A stretch of DNA of 64,000 nucleotides from Podospora anserina. Taxonomy: Eukaryota. Below, one piece after another: positions 13,263 to 23,528 of the stretch (position 1 is its first letter; each line of letters begins with the position of its first letter). The position numbers and the translations under genes are program-made. The notes beneath the pieces were generated by a model, which was given only the letters and a program-made list of their open reading frames with translations, made no database searches and was not told the DNA's origin. The stretch covers positions 5,456,001-5,520,000 of the forward strand of contig CM030332.1 in NCBI GenBank assembly GCA_017654855.1, given 5' to 3'.

Positions 13263-13654
13263 CCGAGGAGGTGAAACTTTTCTTTGCTACCAGAGCATGG
13301 TGTCGCCTGTCGAGGTCATTTCGGTACTGTAATATATGTACTTGAAGAAAGCAAATTTGGTGCCGTTGGGGTGTGGTGTGGCAGTATCGTGAATCGTAGT
13401 ATATACAAGGTGTGACAAGGGCTGGGTATTAGGGTTTGGAATAGTAGTTCAATTCAGCTAATAATCTATAATAGCCTCGAAGTCCTTAGTAAAAAACAAA
13501 AAAGAAGATCTAGGAATATAAATAGGTCCGAAGGATATATAGATATTTATTACTAAATAATCCGTACCCTATAACTTTAACGATTATTTAAACCTTTAAT
13601 AACCACGAGGTATTTAATTACCTAATTTACTTCTAACTACTAACTCTCGACGTA

Positions 13655-15598
13655 GGGTGGATGACCAGGAAATGGCCCACCCACGGATATGGACCACCAC
13701 CCCCACACCAGCCACACAACCTTAATGAGATTACCCCTGAATGCTTACACTCCCCACAACAAGACCAATATTGGGTCAATTTCTATGGAATTTATACCAA
13801 AATGTAGCTCAATCACTGTCAGAGTCAGACATTTCGTCTGCTTCCCTCTTACGCCGGGTTTGAACCCGATAACGTGTGCTACGCCGCACAGGCTCGGCTG
13901 GCTCCGGCTGCTCCACATCCTCCTTAGGCACCACTTCTTCCTCCACCACCCTCCCTTCAATACGAGCCTCTTCCAGGTCACAAAGCCTTACAAACTTGGA
14001 ATTCGAATCTTCTCTATTCAACTTACGCCTTTTCTTTGCGTCCTGGGCTTTGTGGGCGTTTTGTTGGTGCCTTGCCGCATCAGCTTTGTGGATGGATACC
14101 TCAGATCTCAGTGTGAGTATAGTACTGGTGAGAGTCCTTGCCGCAAGCCGTTTTCCGGCCGGCGTATGGTTCTTGAGTAGGTCCTTGACCTTCTTGGCCA
14201 CCTGGGAATCCCCCACGGTATGGAAAGTAGGTGTTTTTGAAGAGAGATCCAACGGCACCACAGGGACTACCACCTGGCTTGAAGATAGCGGTTTGCGCCT
14301 ACGTATGGGCCATAATCCTGTCCCCACGCCAGCCGCCGGCAATATTCTCTTTCCTGAAGCCCTGCTTGCGGGCAAAGTCATACAGCCGGATTAAGTCGAC
14401 CTTGCCGTTAGGCGTACAGTTGGTGAGGGCGTCGTTTACAGCCATAAGCCTCTTATACGCCTTCTTCACACTGGAAAAGCAGCCAATATTAAGGGGTTGA
14501 AGGACGTGAGAGCAGTAGGGGGGTAGGAAAAGAAGGTAAATATTGCTCCTATAGTACCGGATTATAAAGTTATTAGTGGTATGTAAGCTATAGCTATTAT
14601 AAATAAGAAGACGTGGTTCTGATAGGTCCTTTGGTTGAGTCCTTGGGAAAAGACCTCTTCAAGCTATCCAACGGCCAGGTCGTTACTGGTCCAACCGTTC
14701 GATAATACGGCCACATACCAGTCCTTATCGAATTGGTCCTTGAACCATTGCTTTTGAAGGTCTTGGCCTTTGAAGATTACCCCGGGGGGGAGGACTCTCC
14801 TATCCTGGGAGATATACTCTAGTATAGTAGTCCAGGTCCTTTTTCCATTCTGTTTAACGTATACAGACTTTTTATCCCTCATTGAAGACCCCACAACTAA
14901 GCCGTTCTCTCCCTGACCTTCCATTATTCCTACTTCATTATGGTTATACCTGTTCTTGGGCTTGATCCAGTCAACGGTAGAATAAAGGTTAAAGAACTTG
15001 TTGATATTTTCCGGGGTAGCTTCGTTAACTCTAGCGTAATCAATCTTCTTTCCCACCTTCGTTTTGATACTGGGATGACGGCCAATAAAGCAGGTTACCC
15101 AGTGCTTCCCAATGGAGTAGATATCGGCTTGTTTACCCAGTATACTGGCCGCTAGAGCTCTTACGTTGGCGTGGGTGGGAGCGTAGCCAAGGCTTTCCTG
15201 ACGAAGGATCCATTGAACGATGAGGTCTTCCTGGCCCTGAGTAAGCCGCTGTTGATTTTCATGGGCCTGTTTGCAAACCTGGGTTCCTAAGATGCGGTGC
15301 CTCAGTGTAGAACGTGGAACCCCGTGCTTGTCGGACGCTTGGCGCTGGCTTATACCAGCAGGAATGTCTTGTTCGGCATTTGCGAGATCTTCCTCGGTAT
15401 ATTTGGCCATTGATGGGTACCTGGAGCAAAAAGAAGAAAAAGAAATGGTCCATTTTTGACCTCTGGGGGTGGAATATAAAGTTGGGGGGGCTTTCGGAGG
15501 TCCAGGGTTGTTGAGGGTTTAATGTGGAAAATGGCACTGGTAAGTTCAAGCCAATGTGGGCCACCTCTGTGGGTGGGCCATTTCCTGGTCATCCAACC
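13655..15598 (-). mobile_element. Tc1/mariner-superfamily pogo/Fot1-like DNA transposon, ~1.94 kb
   Basis: TIRs GG(G/T)TGGATGACCAGGAAATGGCCCACCCAC at both ends, TA on both flanks (13653-13654, 15599-15600), internal transposase remnant. Confidence 0.93.
13809..15410 (-). pseudogene. Pogo/Fot1 DDD transposase pseudogene (HTH_psq, CENP-B HTH, DDE_1)
   Basis: MAKYTEEDL..HGVPRSTLRHR, LTQGQEDLIVQWI, GKHWVTCFIGRHP, SNGWTSN, SHVLQPL. In-frame TAG at 14664-14666; frameshifts near 14647 and 14323. Confidence 0.92.
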
Positions 15599-17451
15599 TA
15601 TAGGTAGATAGTAGTTGGGCCGTAGTGTGGCCGGTTGGCCAGTTAACGTGTAACACAAGGAGTGTCGTCGTACCGCGTCGAGTTGGTCGTATTCCAAACG
15701 TCTGTAACACCTAAACACCAGTACCGAACTCCTAAACGCCTAGGCGGCTATGGCCCCTAAATTCCTGTAACTCCCAAACACCTGAAACGCCGAGTACCGA
15801 AACCGATAGGTGTCTTGTCTTCGGGTGGAAAGGTCCTCCGAAGCCAAGCGGAGTGTGACTGCTGAGTGGCCGAAACCTAGATAGCAAGCCATGTTAGTTC
15901 ACATGCTGGTTGTGCAAGACTTTGAGATTGTCTGAGCAGACCGCTTGACCATGAGGCCTTATTTGTTGGTGGAGTACTCGGCCAGATTTGGACTGATAAC
16001 CTGCCGTTCTTGGAGAGCCACAGAATGTGATAAGTGCGAGTTGGTTTAGGCCATATTTTTGAAGACTGAACACAATCGTATTGCGTCGTGTAGAATTGGC
16101 AAGTGAATGTAAAAGGCGATCTTTTCTCGGCTATGGACTTGGTGAAATGATGTTGGAGGAGTGACGCGGTCGATGCGTGATACTCGAACCTCCTGCCAAA
16201 ACAGAAAACCTTGGTGTTGAGAGCATGGGTGAGGCAGCAGAGCGCACGATAGCTCTGCCCTAGAAAATCCATACCATTGTTTCTATCTCCAATGATTCCT
16301 GTATCACACATGTTTTTTTCTGGTACCTGCAGAGTGCAGAGGATGGATAACGTCAAAAGTCGGAGCATGTGCTCCGTGTTGGAAGTCAACGATCGGAAAG
16401 CCTCCAATCGAAAAATTATAATCATGAATTTTCGACCATCCATCTGGTGCAACGCTCTCAAAACAATCAGTCGTTGTTGTTCAAACATAGAATGGACGTG
16501 ATATCGTGTGGCTTGATGATGTTGAATGGCTGCTGATCTTGGCTCAAGGCCCAGCTGGTGTGATGAGTAGTACCCAGGTAAGTTAGCTTTTTGGTACTTA
16601 TCACAAAACTGAAAATCTGCTGGGGATGAGGGATGGTTTGGTACCGAATCCGCCTTGGAAAGCAAGCTCGTGGATGGCGTAACCGAAAAAAAAAAAAAAA
16701 AAAGAAGGACCGCCTTGGGACTCTGGGTGATTGGTGGCCAGGTTCAGAGAAGGGCGGGCGGTTTATGGTGCGAAAGTGCTGGACAGAGTTTAGTATGGGG
16801 TGTGGTGGGAGAAGCTGAAGTTGTAATATTCATTGTTGACATCCGAGCCTAAGTACCTGTAGTGTCAAATTGTTAATGATAGGTAAATTGGATCGTTCTT
16901 CTTCCCATCGTGCCTTCCTCTTTCATACCGGGGTCAGGCATCCATCCATATCTATCACCCTCAGAAGGCACGGCTCAGCAAACTGTTGCCCACCATGTCA
17001 CCCACCTTCTTCAATTCTCACTCAGAATGTATTTCTCACTTTGACCTTCACTCTTACCTCTCTCTGACCACTCAACTCATCATATCTCACCTCTCAGCCC
17101 TCACTCCTTACGCAAGACACTTACTTCTCAAGCTCATATTTCCTCAATCTTCACTCACTCGCAAGACTCGCAACTTACACGCACATTGTTTCACAACCAA
17201 TCCGAAAATGGGCATTGTACTACTAGATCAACAACATTGTTTATTCCCAAAAAAAAAGGTGTTCGAACGTAAACACTTTTGAAACGCACTTGAAGGGTTT
17301 TTTTTTGTATTTTTAAGATTTTACGAGCTTTTTTTGTGATTTTCGCTTTTTCTCTACAAAACACCAGTTGACACACACAATCCGACAGATATCACCCCTT
17401 CAAACAAACAGGCACTGTATGTTGTTCTACACCAAAGTTCCTGTTTCCGAC

Positions 17452-18135
17452 TCAGTCAAGATTGATCTTGAACCTACCCTGTTGCTCATACCGCCTCTCG
17501 CACTCCCCGCACTTCACATGCACGCGGCAATGGGAGCACTTGTGCTCGTGCCCGGAGTTGTAGCACTCGCAACCGCAGCACGTCCACACCCCTTTGTACT
17601 GCCCCGCACCTTTGTTTTTCGTGTGTCTCTCGCCGAAGTTGTCCAGCCAGGCCTGGCCGGTGACAAAGTTTTCGAGTCGAATCTCGCTGTCGAGCCACTC
17701 CTTTTCCTGCTCGGTGTAAGCGCGGGCATGAGAGGTTTCGTGGTCGATTCTGGCTTGTTCGAAACGAGCATTGTACCAGTTGCGGCGGGCGTGGAGCTCG
17801 GCGAGCGAAGGCCCAACAATTTTTATGGTGGTTTTACGCGGGGACGTGAAGGTGTCGGCCGTGGTGTCCCAGGACTGTGTTGAGTTAGTACTCGGAAGGT
17901 TTTGTCGGCGTGGTGGAAGGATTCGCTCATTACCTGCTGCCAAAACTGTCCGTTTGGAAAAGCCAAGAGCAAGGAGGCTGCCGCCCTGATGGGAGTCAGG
18001 GGTAATGGTGGACTCGGAGGGAGAATTGTTGGCGTTGGACGCTGGGAGGCCGTGGTGAATGACGGTAGAGCAAGAGCCCCCGTGGGAGGGGTCTGACTCC
18101 TCGTCAGACAGCCACAAAGAGTTGTTGGAAGCCAT
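17452..18135 (-). CDS. Hypothetical protein with C-terminal Cys/His zinc-binding-like motif (227 aa)
   Basis: Intronless ORF from ATG 18135 (MASNNSLWL); C-terminus WTCCGCECYNSGHEHKCSHCRVHVKCGEC. Confidence 0.65.
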   Translation of the reverse strand: MASNNSLWLSDEESDPSHGGSCSTVIHHGLPASNANNSPSESTITPDSHQGGSLLALGFSKRTVLAAGNERILPPRRQNLPSTNSTQSWDTTADTFTSPRKTTIKIVGPSLAELHARRNWYNARFEQARIDHETSHARAYTEQEKEWLDSEIRLENFVTGQAWLDNFGERHTKNKGAGQYKGVWTCCGCECYNSGHEHKCSHCRVHVKCGECERRYEQQGRFKINLD

Positions 18136-19875
18136 GTTTAAGTCTGGCAAGATGGTGGAAGGGCGAGTTGTTAGTAGTGGTCGAAGAGTGCGGAAAAGAG
18201 TTTGAGGTACTGGGTCGAGGCGGAACTCGAAGATGTAGTCAGTTTGCTCAGCTTTCACACTCGATGTCTATCAAAATGGCAGTGGGGAAATTCTTCATCT
18301 GACCGAAGGCGCCTTCCACTCTGCTTAAATACCTCCATTGGGGATGGGAGTTGCGTTACAAAACGAGTGTTGATATCTGAACATTGGTGTTGTTCTGTGC
18401 GCTCAGGAGCTGTTCTTCTGCGAACAATGGACAAAGACCGACAATGTTGTTGTCACTGAAGCAGCTGTCATGTAAGCGTCCTGGATACCAACTCTTTTTT
18501 CAAACCATGCATTGTTTCCAAAAGTTAGAAATCATCACTCCAATCTTAACACTCACTTGCTGGGTCCCCTTGCCTAGGTGCAACTCATCGTGTGCACTCA
18601 AGAATGGAAACCCAGCCTTCAAACTAGCATCATGTTTTAGATATGGGAATTTGCTTTTGGAAATCAGATAGCCAATGTCTAAAAGATATATCCTGTCTTG
18701 ATGCCACCTTGAGTCGATGCAACCGTCTTATGATGGATTTCGAGTGTAAGAATCAACTAAAATTGCGGTCAACGGTATAACGAGCAGTAGGAGACCAGTT
18801 CGGGTTTATTAAGTAATATATACACTAGGTTTCTGGTGCGTATAGCTAGCTATTCTTTCCTCCACGAAGGGAATGTTGTCTTGACATAGTCCCTGAACCC
18901 CTGAATCCTCAAGTACCACCGGGCTGGATAAACGCTGCAATCTTTCAGATTCATATCATAATGATACTGATAGACGAAGTCACAGTAAACAATGAACCAG
19001 AAACGAGGAAACCGGTGAGGAAGCTGGGCCAATGTCGGCTAAAATACAAGTGATGGCTGCTGCCCAATGGTCCCGGCACCGGGCAAACCACCCCAAATCA
19101 AACACGGGCATGTTTAACCAAGCCAAGCCAAACAGGCAACACACATCAAACGCTTTCCATCGTGCTTACTTAACCGACGTGCATATTAGTCAGGGTAGTA
19201 AGCCGGCTATAACAGTGGTCTATTGAGCCTCATCATGCAGGTCCTTACTGAGCGTAGGGGGTGGATAGTCCTGATCAAAATGGGGCCCGCTCTTGGCCGT
19301 TCGATAAGGGGATAGTGGAGATGAGGTCCTGGTATGAGTGCTGTGTAGAGAAACGAGAATCAATCATTGCTCTACCATTATAAGAGCAATCGGGGCACGG
19401 TGGAAACAGAAGACGCCTTCAATTCAATAAAGACTCCTGCCTTTTCCATCCGATACATTATAGGAATGCTCGTTCATTAAGAGAGAGCGAGAACCAAAGT
19501 CGAGACTGTTCTGGTGGCCTCGTCTGTTCAACAAGGAAGGTGATTCTTGTGGGTGGATGTCACTGTAAGCTGACGAGGAATGTTGAGTAATACTCCAGGA
19601 CTGAAACTCCACTACACAACTGCGGTGAAGTAAGTGAAGTAAGACTTGGTTGTAACATTCCAAGACCTCCAAGACTGATACTCCACTCGAGGCTAAGTTA
19701 TTCAACCCTTGGTAGCATCATCTGCTGTGGGTATCGAAATGGCCGCCGTCGAAGTCTTCGATATCTATAAGTACCTGCCTCTGGTCAGCATGTTGGGAAG
19801 ATTAGAAGCATCATCCGCATCTCGACGCCAAACATTTTATCCATTTCTCCCTCCATCACAGCACACCCCATCAAA

Positions 19876-20476
19876 ATGGTTGCCCTCTCCCTCATCACTC
19901 TCGCCACGCTCCTGGGCTCTGCCCTGGCGAACCCTGTGCCGGTCCCATCTTTTGATGTTGAGATCCCGGCCGCCAATGCTTCCGAGGTGGACAAGCGCCA
20001 GGCTGCAGAGGGAGTCTACCTTTTGAATTGCGGCCCTCCCTCCAACCCGAATACATACCACCCTGTTGTTGTGAGTCTACTCCCGCCCCTGAACAATCGC
20101 GGCATCACAGAAAAGCTGACCAAGCCCTTTACCCAGTACTGCCCCGACATCTCCAACTGTGGCCGCATCCCCTCCAACAACAACCTCTGCTACGGCCCCA
20201 CCAAGTGGGAGACTTCCACTGGCTCTTGCAGATTCCCGACCGGCGTCACTTTCACCTGGAATATTGTGGCCAACGCCCAGGAGTTCCCCTACTTTGCCGT
20301 GGTTGGGTACGTAGTTTCTTTCCCAGAAAAGACTGCCAAACAGTTACTAATCCCTTGTTTCTAGGAGTGGGAACAATGGACGCCCGCGCCCTTTCACCAT
20401 CCGCAAAGATAACCAGGGTGTTTTGTACAGGGATGGTCAGGGATACAACTGCAGAGCCATTTATGTTGCTGTGTAG
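19876..20476 (+). CDS. Small secreted cysteine-containing protein (3 exons)
   Basis: Signal peptide MVALSLITLATLLGSALA and Kex2-like DKR. Introns from GTGAGT (~20071) and GTACGT (~20307) with branch sites; last exon SGNNGRPRPFTIRKDNQGVLYRDGQGYNCRAIYVAV*. Confidence 0.85.
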
Positions 20477-20854
20477 GTTGTAGGAACTGTTTGTGGGCAG
20501 TAGGTAGATGCTTTGCTGGTTGTTGGTGAGGACTTCGTTCATTTCTACTGGTTCCCACCAAAGTCAATATCAAAGCAAATACGTAGTTCAAATCGTGTGC
20601 TGTGCATCATGAAAGATCCAAGACACCTTTCTCACCCAAGCCTGCCAAGACACAGACCCCTGTCGCTCAGCCATCACTTTCTCTCCGCACCCTCGGCGCT
20701 CGAGTTTTATCTGATCATCTGATAAGATCATTGCTGAGCGAGCAGGCAACACCCCTCATTTCGCTCATCAACATCATTCATTATTACCGTTCCACTACAT
20801 CCGGATCCTTATTCTTATCATCGATCCATCTCTCCCCCCCTGTGGAAGGGAACG

Positions 20855-22843
20855 ATGAGCCGCGCACAGCTCTGCGCACTCCCAGCGCAGCGGTTGTTGC
20901 CCGGTTTCATCCGCGCCATCGACTGCCAGGACGCGCTGGACGCCCTCGATGAAGGAACGGGCACCGGTGACCCTTTGGCAGGCCTGACACCAGAGCAACT
21001 GGAGTACATTCGACAGCTTATCATCGCCATCTATGAGGGGAGAGCGGTAGCTGCGAGTTATAATGTCTTTATTGTTTGTATAATCGCGGTGCTTGCAGTG
21101 TTGCACTGGCGGGAGCAGAAGCGAGACAAGCAAAAGTGGACGGCTATTCAGCAAGTTTCATCAGGAAGAACAGCAGCCGAAAACAGCCAGATTGATGGAT
21201 CAGGGACTTCCACGCCTTCGTCATCATCCTCGACCACCATTTTTCCTCAGACAACCCACATTAAAAGCCCCGAAGACGAAGTAGACGTTGACCTCGAACG
21301 CCTTCCCCTATTAGCCAGTTCACAGCCAGCAAAGCACTTCCAACCCAACCGTGTCACCAACAGACTCAGATCATGGCTTCTCTACCAACCCCCACAAATT
21401 CCCATCATCAACCGTGTCCTCCCCTCCATCGGCACCACCCTCTTCATTCTCTCCTGGCTTGCCCTTAACATCTTCATTCAGTTCTACCGCCTCCCGATGA
21501 AATGGTCCTTCTTCTTCATTTTCGCCGACAAAGCTGGCTTCCTCTTCATCGTCAACCTCCCCTTACTCTACCTCCTGTCAGCCAAGAACCAACCTTTACG
21601 TCGGTTGACAGGCTACAGCTATGAAGCTCTCAACATCTTCCACCGCAGAGTGGGAGAATGGATGTGCTTCGTTGCCGTTGTCCACTTCATCAGCATGCTT
21701 CTATACCAGTTCGTTATCGCAGAAGACTGGCTTTTGGCCTCGCAGTCACCAAAGGCGTACTTCACCCACCCGCTCATCTTGTTCGGCATCGGCACTTTTG
21801 TCAGCTACGAACTGTTATTCTTCACCAGTTTGGGAAGCTTCAGACAGAGATGGTATGAGCTCTTCCTCGCTTCCCATGTCATTCTCCAGGTCGCAGCACT
21901 CGGGTTTCTCTGGGGACACTTTTACACCAGTCGACCCTACGTAATCATCGCTTTGGCTATTTTCCTCCTCGATAGGCTTGTGTGGAGGATGAGCATCAAG
22001 CGGGTCGCCATGGAAATGGATCTGACGGTGCTAGATGGGGAGACATACTTGGTGTCAGGTGATTGGGATGTTCTCCCTGGGGCAAATGGTGTTTTGGCAG
22101 GTTGGGAGCCGACGGATCATGTCTTCTTGACGGTGCCAGCTTTGGGTCGGAGTCATGCGTTGCAGGCGCATCCTTTCACAATCGCCTCAGCCGCGCCTGG
22201 CAAGGGAGTGCAACGAGAAGAAGGGGGGAGACATGCCTGGTTCAGTCTCTTGATCAGAGCCCAGTTCGGGAACTTTCCCGGCGGGTTCACGAGGCAGTTG
22301 CTCGAGCACGCCAAGACGCACAAAAGGGTAGAGGTCCAGCTGGATGGGCCCTACGGCTCGCCGCATGCGTTGAGTATGCTGAGAGCGTCCAACAATGTGA
22401 TACTGGTGGCAGGAGGTAGCGGGATCGCAGTGACGTTCCCGCTTGTATGGGCGCTCCTTCACGAAGCAGCATCTCAGACAGACTCCGAGGAAGATGAAGA
22501 TAAGCAAGTGCCGCCCTCGAGTAAACAGAAGAAGGCAAGAGGGAGAAAAGTCCACATGCTCTGGGTTACGCACTCGCACTGGCACCAGAAATGGATTCCG
22601 AAGGAGCAGCTCGACGACCTCGTCGCGCTGGGTTTGGATTTGGTCGTGCCTCCCCCAACCATGGACGCAGGCAGACCGGAAGTGCATGGGATTGTGGGTC
22701 AATGGATCCAGGAGGCCGAAGGCGATTCGAGCGTGCTCGTGTCTGGTCCCGATGGCTTGAACAGAGTTGTGAGAAACGTTGCGGCCGGGGCTGTCAGACA
22801 AGGGAAGAATGTCCGGATAGCAGTGGAGAAGTTTGGGTGGTGA
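20855..22843 (+). CDS. Ferric/metalloreductase-like transmembrane protein (FRE family)
   Basis: Heme-ligand helices (IFHRRVG, VVHFIS, LASHVIL, WGHF), FAD-binding HPFTIAS, DGPYG, NADPH-binding VAGGSGI, SGP, terminal EKFGW. Confidence 0.92.
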   Translation: MSRAQLCALPAQRLLPGFIRAIDCQDALDALDEGTGTGDPLAGLTPEQLEYIRQLIIAIYEGRAVAASYNVFIVCIIAVLAVLHWREQKRDKQKWTAIQQVSSGRTAAENSQIDGSGTSTPSSSSSTTIFPQTTHIKSPEDEVDVDLERLPLLASSQPAKHFQPNRVTNRLRSWLLYQPPQIPIINRVLPSIGTTLFILSWLALNIFIQFYRLPMKWSFFFIFADKAGFLFIVNLPLLYLLSAKNQPLRRLTGYSYEALNIFHRRVGEWMCFVAVVHFISMLLYQFVIAEDWLLASQSPKAYFTHPLILFGIGTFVSYELLFFTSLGSFRQRWYELFLASHVILQVAALGFLWGHFYTSRPYVIIALAIFLLDRLVWRMSIKRVAMEMDLTVLDGETYLVSGDWDVLPGANGVLAGWEPTDHVFLTVPALGRSHALQAHPFTIASAAPGKGVQREEGGRHAWFSLLIRAQFGNFPGGFTRQLLEHAKTHKRVEVQLDGPYGSPHALSMLRASNNVILVAGGSGIAVTFPLVWALLHEAASQTDSEEDEDKQVPPSSKQKKARGRKVHMLWVTHSHWHQKWIPKEQLDDLVALGLDLVVPPPTMDAGRPEVHGIVGQWIQEAEGDSSVLVSGPDGLNRVVRNVAAGAVRQGKNVRIAVEKFGW

Positions 22844-23019
22844 TATTTTGGCATGTGATGGGGCATCCACGGCGTTTTCGCTTTCATTTTTTGGATACTT
22901 ACAGTTTCGAGACGCACATTTGGACAAGAGAGAGCATACAAAGTTGAAGAGCATTGCTTTATTGTTGGCGATAGAAGCGAGGAGTTCACAGGCTCACGAC
23001 CTTTATTACAGACAAACCC

Positions 23020-23346
23020 TTACGAAGATCCCCCAGACGTCTTCCACTCCCCCGTATCCTTCACGCCCTGTGAAACATCCTGCACGCCCTTCTCAATACC
23101 GCCCGTGATGTTCTTGAGCCCATCGCCAATGGGCCGGCCAGTCTCTCCTGTGACAGAGTTGACAGTGTCGCCTAATCCGCGACCTGCCGAGCCGACGACG
23201 CCACCTGCTGTGTTGGCGATTCCGCCGAGGGTGTTGCCGAGCGTAGAAGTGACTGTCTTGCCGGCGCCGGAGATGCCACCTGTGATACCGCCGGCGGTCT
23301 GGTCGGCGGTCTTTTGGGTCTGGTCGGTGTTGAGGAGGTTGGACAT
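23020..23346 (-). CDS. Small Gly/Thr-rich LEA/hydrophilin-like stress protein (108 aa)
   Basis: GCCACCATG context; amphipathic repeats (TLGNTLGGIANTAGGVVGSAGRGLGDTV); CRE sites upstream. Confidence 0.75.
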   Translation of the reverse strand: MSNLLNTDQTQKTADQTAGGITGGISGAGKTVTSTLGNTLGGIANTAGGVVGSAGRGLGDTVNSVTGETGRPIGDGLKNITGGIEKGVQDVSQGVKDTGEWKTSGGSS

Positions 23347-23510
23347 GGTGGCGTTTTTTTTGTGGTGTGGCTTTGGTTAAACTTTGGGTTTTGGGGTTTC
23401 TTGAACTGGCTGTGATGTTCTTGCCTGGTTTGAGTGAATTGCGATTTTTACAAGATGTTTGTGGGTGTTTGATGCGGTTGAGGGTGAGCTTGCCACGAGC
23501 GACGTTAGAC

Positions 23511-23528
23511 TGACGTCATTCACGTCAT
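23511..23528. promoter_or_regulatory. CRE/ATF-type sites upstream of the LEA-like gene
   Basis: Perfect palindrome TGACGTCA (23511-23518) followed directly by TCACGTCA. Confidence 0.5.

Larger units (their letters stand above)
13411..15655 (-). mobile_element. RIP-degraded solo LTR (~300 bp: 13411-13654 plus 15601-15655) interrupted by a DNA transposon
   Basis: Ends TGTGACA...TGTAACA; perfect 5-bp TSD CAAGG at 13406-13410 and 15656-15660; AT- and TpA-rich interior. Orientation is tentative, from a TATA-like stretch followed by a pyrimidine tract on the minus strand. Confidence 0.8.

Noticed and set aside
15877-16665. 262-aa minus-strand ORF
   Set aside because: No ATG at the listed start, no codon bias and no domain; probably non-coding or a relic.
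16686-16703. Poly-A tract as a retroposon tail
   Set aside because: No TSD or LINE/SINE body seen; mononucleotide runs are common in this window.
12000-19800. Possible Starship, Spok block or other giant element
   Set aside because: No tyrosine-recombinase captain or Spok-like coding sequence recognised and no boundary repeats found.
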